A stretch of DNA of 53,846 bases from an uncultured Mycoplasmatota bacterium. Lineage in GTDB: Bacteria; Bacillota_I; Bacilli_A; RF39; UBA660. Below, in pieces: positions 33,869-43,670 of this stretch. Below the pieces are notes generated by a model. It worked only from the letters and a program-made list of their open reading frames with translations. It was not told where the DNA came from and ran no database searches. The DNA lies in the NCBI GenBank assembly GCA_900554615.1, contig USIB01000001.1, forward strand, positions 1 through 53,846, given 5' to 3'. A program made the position numbers and the translations under genes. Each line of letters begins with the position of its first letter. Positions within the stretch are counted from its first letter, which is position 1.

Positions 33869-36064
33869 TTATCTTTTTCTAATTAATATTTTTTGTTCTT
33901 GTTTTTCTTTAACACTTTTATAATAAGTATCATACAATTTATTAATTGTTTCTTGGTCTCTTTTTTCTTTAATACTTCTATTATGGAAAGTATCATATAA
34001 TTTATCTAATATTTCTTCTTCAGAATAATTATTTTTTTTATCTATTAAATCTAATAAGTTTATTGTAAAATCATACTTTTCATCGTATATACCTTCTTCT
34101 TCAGGGAAACCTAGTTTATCTATAGTAAAGGCCTCTGCATAATTTGCCCTATTAATAATGAGTGTTCCTCTAAATAATTTTTTAAAACTTTCTCTATTAT
34201 AAAGAGCATTTATCTCTTTATAATTATTAAATATTATAATAGTTTCCTCTTTTTCATAATCACTTATACTTATTATTTCTTCTATATTACTATTTATTTG
34301 ATAATATTTTATAGCATTATAATGTACTTGAAAATAACTTATATTTAGTTTTTGTAATGTCGATGGTAAGTTTATATTATTAATTCCATATAGTAGCATT
34401 GGCATAGATGGTTTTGTCTTTATATAGTCTATAAAAGAAAGTCCCCTTCTATAGTATGATTTCTTTTTAGTTATTTCTTTTATTCCTTCATATAAAGTAC
34501 TTTTAAATGCCTTATTATTGCGATAGTAATCTCTTATTAACTTTGGTGATAATTCATTTTTATGCCTTACTCCTTTAGAATATTCACCCATAAGTAAATA
34601 ATGTAATATAAATGTATTGTGTATTTCTTTGACAATTTCTTCAGTATATTCAAACTTATCATTATTTGAATCTATATAATTTTCATATATTAATCTAGAC
34701 ACAGTAACTAAAGGTACTTTTTTATTCCATTTAAATAAGTCATCATAAAAATACACTTTATGGCAATCGCATAGTCTTATTTTAAAGTTATTTATATAAT
34801 TTATTAGTTTATCTGGCTTATCCATAGATAATATTAATCCTATACATAATGAATTATCCATTATTTGTTTTATATTAAAAGATCCATTTCCATTAATAAT
34901 AATTTGATACCCTCGTATATCTGTAGTTTTTACATAAGTAGCAACTGTAATTATTGTATCTTTAAATATTCTTATTAATTTTTCATAATCATTGATAATA
35001 AAATCATATTCTTTAAAATATTCTTTATATCTAGATAATATTCTTTTATCTTTATCTCTAACTATATTATCTATCTTATTTGATATAATATTTCCAAAAT
35101 ATTCTATTTCTTCTTTATATGAATACCCATTTATCAATTTTTCTCCATTATTTATATAATCTTCTTCAATAGTATTAAACTTTAATACTAATAGTTTATT
35201 TAAGAATATGGTATCTTTTTCTTTATATAATTTATCTATAGCCATATATTTATTAATTAAATTATTTATTATTCTTAATTTCCTATTTCTTTCAATGTTA
35301 CTATTTAATAAAATATTATATTCTTCCTTTATCTTATCTAGTAAATCCTTATTATTGTATAGATAATTTTCAAGTAATATTTCTATACTACATATATCTG
35401 ATAATGATATATCTTTTTTATATTCTATATTTAATTTTAATGCTTTAGTAAATCTATAGTCTCTATCATATATACTAGATAGATAGTCTTTTTCATTATC
35501 TACTTTAGGTATGTTATTACTACTAAAACTATAATAATAATTTAATTCTTTTTCTATACCTGATATATTATTTTGACATATTAATATCTTACCTTTTAAA
35601 TTAGATATTTCACTTTCTATTATACTTCTTTTACTATGAAATAATATTTTTCTTTTTAATATATTATCTAATACTTTTATTTTTATAAATGATTTATCTT
35701 TATATTCTGATAATATACTTTTATAATAATTTAGTTTATTAATTATTATATTTAGATTTATATTATTTCTATCTTCACTTTGATTTAATATATCACTTAT
35801 ATTATGTAATTCTATTGTTAATTTAGATATTATATTTACATATATATTTAAATCTATATTATCTAACTTTAAATCTATACTAGATTTACATCTATTAGAT
35901 AATATTTCTTTATATTTGTTATTGTATTCACTAGATAATATTAGATTATCTTCAGTATTATAAAAATCATTACTTGGAGGAATAATATTATAATCTAATA
36001 ATGATAAATATAGTTCAGTTACATTATTATTTTCTTTTTTAAATAATCTTTTTAAAAAGTTCAT
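33869..36064 (-). CDS. large hypothetical protein (731 aa)
   Basis: Long uninterrupted ORF with an RBS. No recognisable domain. The C-terminus has a tandem motif (LDKLYDTFHNRSIKEKRDQE / INKLYDTYYKSVKEKQEQ). Confidence 0.55.
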   Translation of the reverse strand: MNFLKRLFKKENNNVTELYLSLLDYNIIPPSNDFYNTEDNLILSSEYNNKYKEILSNRCKSSIDLKLDNIDLNIYVNIISKLTIELHNISDILNQSEDRNNINLNIIINKLNYYKSILSEYKDKSFIKIKVLDNILKRKILFHSKRSIIESEISNLKGKILICQNNISGIEKELNYYYSFSSNNIPKVDNEKDYLSSIYDRDYRFTKALKLNIEYKKDISLSDICSIEILLENYLYNNKDLLDKIKEEYNILLNSNIERNRKLRIINNLINKYMAIDKLYKEKDTIFLNKLLVLKFNTIEEDYINNGEKLINGYSYKEEIEYFGNIISNKIDNIVRDKDKRILSRYKEYFKEYDFIINDYEKLIRIFKDTIITVATYVKTTDIRGYQIIINGNGSFNIKQIMDNSLCIGLILSMDKPDKLINYINNFKIRLCDCHKVYFYDDLFKWNKKVPLVTVSRLIYENYIDSNNDKFEYTEEIVKEIHNTFILHYLLMGEYSKGVRHKNELSPKLIRDYYRNNKAFKSTLYEGIKEITKKKSYYRRGLSFIDYIKTKPSMPMLLYGINNINLPSTLQKLNISYFQVHYNAIKYYQINSNIEEIISISDYEKEETIIIFNNYKEINALYNRESFKKLFRGTLIINRANYAEAFTIDKLGFPEEEGIYDEKYDFTINLLDLIDKKNNYSEEEILDKLYDTFHNRSIKEKRDQETINKLYDTYYKSVKEKQEQKILIRKR

Positions 36065-36214
36065 ATTGTTTTCCTCCTATGGATAGATATTATATATTAA
36101 ATACGAATGTTTGTCAATTACTATGGTGTGTAGATAGTGTAAAAATATATTGATTTTTTAATTATTATACTCTTTAATACACATAAAAAGTGCCTCTGAA
36201 TAGAGGCATATATA

Positions 36215-37357
36215 TTAATTAAATAATATTCTTTCACTTTTATACATTTTATTTATAAATATTAATAATAATATTATATATATTATTGAAGATATAATAG
36301 TTATTAATATATTACTAATGTTTATTGTTCCTGTTAGTATATTATCTACCATTATAGTGTGATTTATTATTGGTATAAATGATAATCCATTTGTTATATT
36401 TATATTTAATATTTCTAAAAACATTGGTACACAGGTTATTAAACTTATTGGTGTTAAACTACTTTGGGCTTCTTTAAATGTTTTTGTAAAACTTGCTATT
36501 GTTATACATACTCCTGATATAAAGAAAGTATATGTAAGTAATATTATACTTGTTAATGCTATTGTTTTTATATTAATATTAAATATTACATTTTCATATA
36601 TAGAGAAATTATTTTTTACATAGTATAATGATATTATTGATAATATAATTCCTATTATCTTTGTTATTAATCCTGATATAGATATGGCTAAGTATTTTCC
36701 TAATACTAAGTCTTTTCTTTTTATAGGGAATGTTAATATTGTCTCTAATGTTCCTCTTTCTTTTTCTCCTGCTGTTGTATCAGTAGAAGTATATATACTA
36801 CTTAGTGTTATTGACATTATAGTAAATGTTATAGCCATTAGTATTATTTGATTTCCAAATATACTCTCTCCTTTTATTTCATTAACATTATAACTTATAT
36901 TATTATATACTTTATTTATATCTATATTGTTATTTACTAAATAACTCTGTCCTAAATAATTGTTATAATTTTCTAAATAACTCATTATATAAGTAGTTAT
37001 TATACTACCATCTTCACTTTGAGTATTAGTATAAATATTATAGTTATTTTCTTCTTTTATTATATATGCTATTATTTTGTTATTTTTATAGGCTTTTTCT
37101 AACTCTGTTTTATCATTATATTTTATATATTTAATTTCTTTATTTGATAGTTCTTTTTCTTCTTCAGATAAATTATAGTTTACTCCTACTTCGTATGTTT
37201 TTTCTTTTGTATTTACAGTTAATTCTTCATAGACATAACTCATTAATATTACAAATATTGGTATAAATAACGGTGTTATTGCCATCATCAATAAAGATTT
37301 TTTATCTCTTATTATTAGTTTTAATTCTTTTTTTAGTGTTACTATTACATTATTCAT
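36215..37357 (-). CDS. ABC-2 type transporter permease
   Basis: 380 aa. N-terminal TM, large extracytoplasmic loop, five C-terminal TM segments. Overlaps the ATPase gene by 8 nt. Confidence 0.7.
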   Translation of the reverse strand: MNNVIVTLKKELKLIIRDKKSLLMMAITPLFIPIFVILMSYVYEELTVNTKEKTYEVGVNYNLSEEEKELSNKEIKYIKYNDKTELEKAYKNNKIIAYIIKEENNYNIYTNTQSEDGSIITTYIMSYLENYNNYLGQSYLVNNNIDINKVYNNISYNVNEIKGESIFGNQIILMAITFTIMSITLSSIYTSTDTTAGEKERGTLETILTFPIKRKDLVLGKYLAISISGLITKIIGIILSIISLYYVKNNFSIYENVIFNINIKTIALTSIILLTYTFFISGVCITIASFTKTFKEAQSSLTPISLITCVPMFLEILNINITNGLSFIPIINHTIMVDNILTGTINISNILITIISSIIYIILLLIFINKMYKSERILFN

Positions 37358-38105
37358 TAGTAGGACCTCCTGTTAAAACAAAGAAGGCTTCTCTTAAAGT
37401 ATTAGTCTTTGTTTTCTTTTTTATTTCTTCTGGTGTATCTATTATTACTATTCTTCCTTTATTTATAAATACTACCCTATCACATATTGTATCGGCTTCT
37501 TCCATATAGTGAGTTGAATATAGAATACTTTTATTTTTCTCTTTTTCTTTTTTGATAGTATCTAATATTACTTTACTTGATATTATATCTAGTCCGCTAG
37601 TGGGCTCATCTAGTATATAATATTTTGGATTATGCATAAGACATCTTGCTATACTTACTCTTTGCGTTTGACCAGTTGATAGTGAGCCTATCTTTTGATA
37701 AAGAAAGGAAGATAAATCAAATGTTTCTGTTAGATATTTTATTTGTTCTTCTATTTCCTTTTTATTCATTTGGTAATATTCTCCACACATTGTAAGTAAT
37801 TCTTTAGCACTTAAATCTTTATATAATTTTGTATTTCCTGTTAGAAAGGCCATTCTTCTTTTTATTTCTATTTCATTTTTCTTATAATTTAAGTTATCTA
37901 TAGTTACTTTTCCACTAGTCGGAGACATTATTCCTGCTATTATCCTAAGTAAAGTAGTTTTACCTGCTCCATTTGGCCCTAGTATTCCTAGTATTTCTCC
38001 TTCTTTTAATTCTAGAGTTATATCTTTATTTGCATAAAACTCTTCTTTTTTCTTACTTTTATTTAGTTTCGTAAACTTTTTTGTTACTTTTTCTACTTTT
38101 ATCAT
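37350..38105 (-). CDS. ABC transporter ATP-binding protein
   Basis: Walker A GPNGAGKTT, signature LSTGQTQR, Walker B ILDEPTSGLD, and the H-loop. Confidence 0.88.
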   Translation of the reverse strand: MIKVEKVTKKFTKLNKSKKKEEFYANKDITLELKEGEILGILGPNGAGKTTLLRIIAGIMSPTSGKVTIDNLNYKKNEIEIKRRMAFLTGNTKLYKDLSAKELLTMCGEYYQMNKKEIEEQIKYLTETFDLSSFLYQKIGSLSTGQTQRVSIARCLMHNPKYYILDEPTSGLDIISSKVILDTIKKEKEKNKSILYSTHYMEEADTICDRVVFINKGRIVIIDTPEEIKKKTKTNTLREAFFVLTGGPTNE

Positions 38106-38207
38106 AGTATCCTCCTAGTTAATTATATAATATATTTATTTTTATAACAAGATTATATTTAAAAACTGTAGATTTTTTTCTAAAATATTATTTAAAAAGT
38201 AGATAAT

Positions 38208-38924
38208 CTACTTTACTAACTTTTTATTGTTAGATAGATTATCTACTGCTTTATATAACATTATTGGTAAATTACTTATTGCTTTATCTACATTCGTATA
38301 GAAAGATGTTTCTAGTTCTTTAACATTAAGTCCTTTATTATCTAAATCAGTTATTGTCTTTTTAGTATCTCTTATTCCTCTTATTATATTTCTTGCTTCC
38401 TCATATAATTTTGAACTATTGTCTATCATATTTTTATATTTTTGAGTATCTTCTTCACCACTTAAAATACTATATAAATAATTTATATTATCAAATACAT
38501 TTCTCTTATCCGCAGGTGAATAACTATTTGAGTTCATATAGTATATAAAAATACGCATTAAGTATCCTTCACGGTCTCCTCTTTTACCAATCTCTACAGG
38601 ATCTTCTCTATAGAAACCATTTAATTTATCAATATGTCTTCTATAACTTGAAAAGAAGTTTAATATTTCATTTGTATTTCCATATTTAAATAATGTTTTA
38701 TAATATTTTGCTTTATCTTTATATTTACTTAAAAGAGTATTTAATAACATTGTCTCGATAGTAGATTTATCTTCTGGTTTTACTCCTATACTTGTTGTTA
38801 GTTCGTGTAATGCTGCTAATGTTTCATCACTTTCTCTTATAAAGCCTAATGACATATAATCTATTAATATATCATTAGTCATTTTTTTCATTTCTTTTAC
38901 TTTTTCTGTTTCTTGGTTTATCAT
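38208..38924 (-). CDS. hypothetical protein
   Basis: 238-aa ORF with no recognised motif. Confidence 0.45.
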   Translation of the reverse strand: MINQETEKVKEMKKMTNDILIDYMSLGFIRESDETLAALHELTTSIGVKPEDKSTIETMLLNTLLSKYKDKAKYYKTLFKYGNTNEILNFFSSYRRHIDKLNGFYREDPVEIGKRGDREGYLMRIFIYYMNSNSYSPADKRNVFDNINYLYSILSGEEDTQKYKNMIDNSSKLYEEARNIIRGIRDTKKTITDLDNKGLNVKELETSFYTNVDKAISNLPIMLYKAVDNLSNNKKLVK

Positions 38925-38994
38925 TATTATCCTCTCCTTCGTTCATATATTATAATAAACTATACTATTATTGTCAATTACTTTTTTAATGTTC

Positions 38995-40740
38995 TTATCT
39001 CTTTAATTTTCTTTTAATTTTACTACTTTCTATTTCTTTTTCTGTCTTTATTCTATTTTCTACTCTATACTTTAACTTATATAATGATATTATATTATCT
39101 AGTAAAGTAGTCATTACTTCTTCTATTTCATTTTGATAATTTATATTGTTATTTAATATCTTTATTAGATTTTCTTTTTCTAATGTATTACCATTTTCTT
39201 CTATAAAGCGTGATAACTCTTGTATTAATTCTAAATATAACTTAATATTTTTATTCTTTGCTTCACTATAATTGTTATCCATTATATTTTTATATGTATT
39301 TATAATTTCTTTTATGATATCTGTTTTTATTACTTCAGCATTTACTTCTAATAATATAGTATTTAACTTTTCTCTTATTCCATATACAAAATCTTCTTCT
39401 TTATTATATGGCTTTTCTAAGATAGGTACTTCTATATTTAAAACATTTATACTACTACAATATTTATCTAATTTATTTTTCTCTTTTACAAACATATTTA
39501 ATAATATATTTCTATAATATTCTTCTTTTTCATTTAGTAAAAATGGTAATATTTTATCATTTAATAGACTTATATCTATATATAATTCATTAGTATCTTC
39601 TATTTCTTTTCCATTTAGTTTATCTATACAAATATTTATTATATTTAGTATTTTCTCTATTTCTTTATCATTACTATTTTTTATCTTTGTTAATATTTGC
39701 TCTAATCTTATCTGTAATTGTAATTCTAGTGATTCTCTTCTATCTAATACTAATTCTTTATTTATATTTAGTTTATCTAAAGATTTATTATAATCTTCTA
39801 TTAAATTATCTATATAGTTATATACTATTTCTTTATTACCTAAATAAATTTTTATCTCTTTTTCTAATTCGTCTAATAATATATCTATTTTAGTTTTCTC
39901 TTTAATAGTTGTATCCTCTTTTATTTCTTCTTGCTCTTTTATGCTTTGAAATATTTCTTTTGACATATAATTATCTAAGTACCACTTTAATTCACTCTTA
40001 TTAAAGTTTATGTTTTCCTTTCGTGGTGAATCAAATCTCATACCACTAGGTAAGCCTATTGTACTTATCATTCTTTTATTTTCTCTATCTACTATCCACA
40101 TTATTTTTTGTACTTTAATCCATACATAATCTCCAGTTTTATATGTATATTTAAACTTTATATTGGATTCTTCTTCATTTAATGTTACTTTTAATCTAAT
40201 ATACTTCTCACACTTATAGATATACTCATCATATTTTACTAGATTTATTTTATTCTTATTTATACTATTATCATTGTATGTAAAATGTCTTCCTGTCTTT
40301 TTTAATTTATTCTTTTTGTATAATTCTTCTAGTTTACTTTGCATTATTATCTCATCTGCGATAGATAATGGAGATTCTCCATATTCAGCAAACTCTATAC
40401 CATAAGCTTTTATGACCTTATATTTACTTTTAATTATTTTTTCTATATCTTCAGTAAGTGGAAGAACTGGAAGAATTGCTGGTTCATATGAACTAGCATA
40501 TTTGCAAAAACCTTCGTAGCCCACAGGGTCAGATATAAATGTATAAACAGTTGCATTTAAAATTCCAGTATGCTTAATCCAAAACATATTCTTATCATAG
40601 AGATTTCGACAATTTCCAGTTAATTTGGCGGCGTCACTTAAAGTAAATCTATCAGTATATTTTTCTATTGATTTCGATTTTATCCCAAAAGGATAATGAT
40701 TCCAATCTTCTTCTCCTAATAATGTTAACTTCTCATTCAT
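38995..40740 (-). CDS. hypothetical protein; N-terminal region with a DUF6273-like segment, C-terminal long coiled coil
   Basis: 581 aa. VWIKVQKIMWIVDRENKRMISTIGL...NFNKSELKWYLDNYMSKEIF is reminiscent of DUF6273 (I.W.VL...LLIS.....F....S.LR.WLN..F). The remainder is K/E/I/N-rich helical sequence. Confidence 0.45.
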   Translation of the reverse strand: MNEKLTLLGEEDWNHYPFGIKSKSIEKYTDRFTLSDAAKLTGNCRNLYDKNMFWIKHTGILNATVYTFISDPVGYEGFCKYASSYEPAILPVLPLTEDIEKIIKSKYKVIKAYGIEFAEYGESPLSIADEIIMQSKLEELYKKNKLKKTGRHFTYNDNSINKNKINLVKYDEYIYKCEKYIRLKVTLNEEESNIKFKYTYKTGDYVWIKVQKIMWIVDRENKRMISTIGLPSGMRFDSPRKENINFNKSELKWYLDNYMSKEIFQSIKEQEEIKEDTTIKEKTKIDILLDELEKEIKIYLGNKEIVYNYIDNLIEDYNKSLDKLNINKELVLDRRESLELQLQIRLEQILTKIKNSNDKEIEKILNIINICIDKLNGKEIEDTNELYIDISLLNDKILPFLLNEKEEYYRNILLNMFVKEKNKLDKYCSSINVLNIEVPILEKPYNKEEDFVYGIREKLNTILLEVNAEVIKTDIIKEIINTYKNIMDNNYSEAKNKNIKLYLELIQELSRFIEENGNTLEKENLIKILNNNINYQNEIEEVMTTLLDNIISLYKLKYRVENRIKTEKEIESSKIKRKLKR

Positions 40741-40815
40741 TTTACTACCTTCTTTTCCTTAGTTTGTATTTTTCTATTATTAATGTGCTATTAAACATTA
40801 TACCACTTCATAAAT

Positions 40816-40967
40816 GTATTATTTATGATATCATAAACGGCCTTTAAAAGCAATGGAAAAAGTAGATTAAATGGTAAAATAACGATTGACAACAAAAGAG
40901 ACTTATGATAAGATTAATACAGAAATCAGCGGCCCTAGGTGACCTTTTCACTACGGCTGCTGATTTT
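40816..40967 (+). repeat. about 150-bp repeat module, copy A (palindrome + promoter + hairpin)
   Basis: Near-identical to 41862-42008. Contains the 16-bp palindrome TTTATGATATCATAAA (40822-40837), TTGACA (40886-40891), 17-nt spacer, TGaTAAGAT (-10 at 40909-40914), and 12-bp hairpin arms at 40923-40934 and 40955-40966. Confidence 0.7.
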
Positions 40968-40970
40968 CTT
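40921..40970 (+). ncRNA. candidate about 50-nt sRNA A (hairpin + U-tract), convergent with the Fic-like gene
   Basis: Predicted start about 7 nt after the -10. Stem AAAUCAGCGGCC/GGCUGCUGAUUU with inner stem, followed by UUUUCUU. Confidence 0.35.
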
Positions 40971-41008
40971 ATACATAAATAAAGAAAGAGTAAATAATAT
41001 TATAATTA

Positions 41009-41683
41009 CTACTCTACTCCATCTATACAATTATCATATATCCATTTCTTTATATTTGTATAATCATTAGTTTCATAAAAATCTATTAATATAGTAAAAT
41101 ATTCACCTATTTTTTCTACTGGTACTGCTAGTATACCTAGACCATTTCTTATCATTTCTTTATTTGCTATTAAATTAGCAACTCTCTTATTACCATCTAA
41201 AAACATTTGGCTTCTCTGTATCCATAGAAATAATGTTATACTTCTATCTAAACTATTTTCTATTTTCATTATATCGTTTAATTCTTCGTCATAATTACAT
41301 TCACTTGGTAATTTAGGTCTATATGAAGTTCCAGTTATTCCAACACCTCTATCCCTAAACTCTCCTAGTGGCTCTATATTTTGTCCTTTGCATATCTCGA
41401 AATGTATCTTTTTTATATAATCTATTGTTAACTCTTCATCTATTGTACTTAAAATATATTCCCAAGCGTCTTTTAGTCCTTTTAATTTAAGCATATCATC
41501 TATTGATATTTTTCCTGTATTTACATTATTTACAAATGCTACAGTATCAGCAAAAGTTACTGCTATTCCCTCTAAATTAGCACTTTTATATAAATTATCT
41601 ATTAATTTCCTCTTTGCAAAAAAGATATTATCTTCTTTAGTCATATTATATTTTCTATCCATAAATAACACTTCCATTCCCAA
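41009..41683 (-). CDS. Fic/Doc family protein with variant core motif (QMFLDGNKR)
   Basis: 224 aa. FLDGNKRVANL matches the Fic/Doc core HxFx(D/E)GN(G/K)R, except that Gln replaces the catalytic His. Start is uncertain (M1 or M8). Confidence 0.6.
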   Translation of the reverse strand: MGMEVLFMDRKYNMTKEDNIFFAKRKLIDNLYKSANLEGIAVTFADTVAFVNNVNTGKISIDDMLKLKGLKDAWEYILSTIDEELTIDYIKKIHFEICKGQNIEPLGEFRDRGVGITGTSYRPKLPSECNYDEELNDIMKIENSLDRSITLFLWIQRSQMFLDGNKRVANLIANKEMIRNGLGILAVPVEKIGEYFTILIDFYETNDYTNIKKWIYDNCIDGVE

Positions 41684-41734
41684 AATTATTATATCATAGT
41701 TTACTTATGTTTTTCAATATAATTTCTGCCAAAT

Positions 41735-41788
41735 ACATAAGTTTAGAGACAATTAAGGCTCTAAACTTTTTTCTAATGACCTTAGGCA
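41735..41788 (+). repeat. 54-bp duplicate of the terminator module found at 44228-44281
   Basis: ACATAAGTTTAGAGACAATTAAGGCTCTAAACTTTTTTCTAATGACCTTAGGCA is identical at both places. Confidence 0.8.
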
Positions 41789-41861
41789 ATAGCGGCCATC
41801 GTAGTTATTTAATTCTTTTTTACCTGGAACTGTTATTAACATAGCACATCACTCCTTAAAA

Positions 41862-42008
41862 GTATTATTTATGATACCACAAAAGACTTTTAAAAGCAAT
41901 AAAATAGAATAAAAATGTTAAATAACAATTGACAACAAAAGAAACTTATGATAAGATTAATACAGAAATCAGTGGTCGCGGTGACTTTTCACTACGGCTG
42001 CTGATTTT
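41862..42008 (+). repeat. about 150-bp repeat module, copy B
   Basis: TTGACA (41929-41934), 17-nt spacer, TGaTAAGAT (-10 at 41952-41957). Hairpin arms at 41966-41977 and 41996-42007. The C-to-T changes relative to copy A keep pairing as G-U. Confidence 0.7.
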
Positions 42009-42010
42009 TT
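41964..42010 (+). ncRNA. candidate sRNA B, antisense to the last 12 codons of the nuclease-toxin-like gene
   Basis: Same architecture as copy A. The hairpin overlaps the 3' end of the CDS at 41969-42535. Confidence 0.35.
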
Positions 42011-42535
42011 AATTCTTTCATACATTTTAAAACCATACTTAGATTTCACTCCTATTTTTTCAACCCATATTAATCTTTTGAATGTATAATTTAACTGGTT
42101 TTCTATTTCCTTTTCATTAAAAATGTCATTGGTAATATTTACTATAAAATTAACCGCTTGTCCTTGTGCTTTTTCAAGGTTATGATAAATTAATTGTGAA
42201 CTTCTTCCAATAGTATGTTTATAATCGAAATATTCTCTTCCAATTTTGTAGTCAGCAGTTTTAAAACCATCTGGTTTATTAAATCTTGGAAATAATTCTA
42301 TTTTCTTTTTAGTCTGTTTTGAAAGCCATTTTGCAAAATCTACTTCACCAGTTTTGTAATCAATTACTATGTTATAATTATCTGTCAAATATGTAATTCC
42401 TTTGTACTTAAATATATCATTTGGCTGATGGATTACAAGTATACTTCGTTCATTATTTGATTTCAGCCATTTATTTGTTATATCTTTATATAACTTATTA
42501 CTTACTTTTGGTTTTTCTGATAATTTTATAGTCAT
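41969..42535 (-). CDS. putative nuclease/toxin-like protein (PD-(D/E)xK-type, CdiA-CT/phage gp7 C-terminal-like impression)
   Basis: 188 aa. LFPRFNKPDGFKTADYKIGREYFDYKHTIG....GQAVNFIVNI resembles small REase-fold toxin modules (..PDy...g...ElK). Confidence 0.35.
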   Translation of the reverse strand: MTIKLSEKPKVSNKLYKDITNKWLKSNNERSILVIHQPNDIFKYKGITYLTDNYNIVIDYKTGEVDFAKWLSKQTKKKIELFPRFNKPDGFKTADYKIGREYFDYKHTIGRSSQLIYHNLEKAQGQAVNFIVNITNDIFNEKEIENQLNYTFKRLIWVEKIGVKSKYGFKMYERIKKSAAVVKSHRDH

Positions 42536-42616
42536 TTTTTACTCTTCACCCCCACTTGGATTTTATATGATATCTACTATACAACAGTCAAAAGATTCTG
42601 TCAATAGTTTAATAAA

Positions 42617-42674
42617 AAAGAGTAAATAATATTATAATTACTACTCTACTCCATCTATACAATTATCATATATC
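42617..42674 (-). pseudogene. orphan copy of the Fic-like gene 3' end plus its 3' flank
   Basis: 58 bp identical to 40985-41042, which covers the last 10 codons, the stop and 24 nt of 3' flank. Confidence 0.7.
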
Positions 42675-42714
42675 AACTTTTTGCATTAATATAATATAAA
42701 AATCAATTAATATT

Positions 42715-43536
42715 TTATTTACATTCACTATTTAGTTTTCTTATTCTTTTCATATAACCACTTTTCTCAAACTTTTTTTTACATTCTCTACTAACACTTT
42801 GATAATCTTTTTCAGTATGCCAACTTTCATTTGTTAATTCTTCATTTACTGCATTTAAATGTTGTAAATGGCCATTATAAAGTTTCTTTAATGACTTAGT
42901 ATTTATTTTTTCTCTTATATACTTTAAAGTATATAGAAAATATTTTCCATTTTCTGTAAAGAAATCTCTTTCCATTTCATCTGATTCATAATAATCATAA
43001 CCAAATGATTTAGGTTTTTCTGGCTCAAAATCTTCATCACAATAAAATGTTCTTTGTTCTTCCCAAATAACAAATATTTTCTTTTCTGCTATTAATCTTT
43101 CTATTTCTTCAATAGTATAATAATGTTCATCATCAATTTCAAAGTCTTTAGTATAAAGGATTCTTAGATTTATTCCTGTTTCATCATCCCAATAACCAAC
43201 ATCTTCTAGTTCTGCATTTGTTGGGAAAAATAGCTCCATTGTAGTCAAAATAGTATCATCACCTACATACTCTATATTATTTGCCTTTCCTATAATTTTA
43301 TAATAGTCCTCTTCATCCCATTCAATAAATGCAATTTCTTCCAACATATCATAGAACTCTTTATCTGTTATACTTCTTCTATTATCAATTACATTTTTAC
43401 AATCTTCTGCTCCTTTTAATAGTTCTTCAAACTCTTTTTTTATTCTAGTAAAATCCACTTTTTTTCCTTCTCTATAATTGTTAGCCAAATCTTCTAATTC
43501 CCCAAATAATTCTCTTTTAAGTAAATCAATATACAT
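42715..43536 (-). CDS. highly acidic hypothetical protein (immunity/anti-toxin-like composition)
   Basis: 273 aa, rich in D/E/Y/F. No recognised motif. Confidence 0.45.
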   Translation of the reverse strand: MYIDLLKRELFGELEDLANNYREGKKVDFTRIKKEFEELLKGAEDCKNVIDNRRSITDKEFYDMLEEIAFIEWDEEDYYKIIGKANNIEYVGDDTILTTMELFFPTNAELEDVGYWDDETGINLRILYTKDFEIDDEHYYTIEEIERLIAEKKIFVIWEEQRTFYCDEDFEPEKPKSFGYDYYESDEMERDFFTENGKYFLYTLKYIREKINTKSLKKLYNGHLQHLNAVNEELTNESWHTEKDYQSVSRECKKKFEKSGYMKRIRKLNSECK

Positions 43537-43670
43537 AAATAAAACCTCCTAATTTGATTTATGTATATTATAGCACCTTAACTTCAATATTACAACCCTA
43601 TCTTTATTTTCAAAATAATTTACAAATATATATGACTATGCTATAATATTTAACTATCAGGAGGAATAAT

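Noticed and set aside
41753-41842. 29-aa - strand ORF (MLITVPGKKELNNYDGRYCLRSLEKSLEP) with a good AAGGAG RBS upstream of the Fic-like gene, considered as a possible antitoxin.
   Set aside because: Its second half is encoded by the duplicated twin-hairpin terminator module. It is more likely the decapitated N-terminus of a lost gene, and it shows no antitoxin-like motif.
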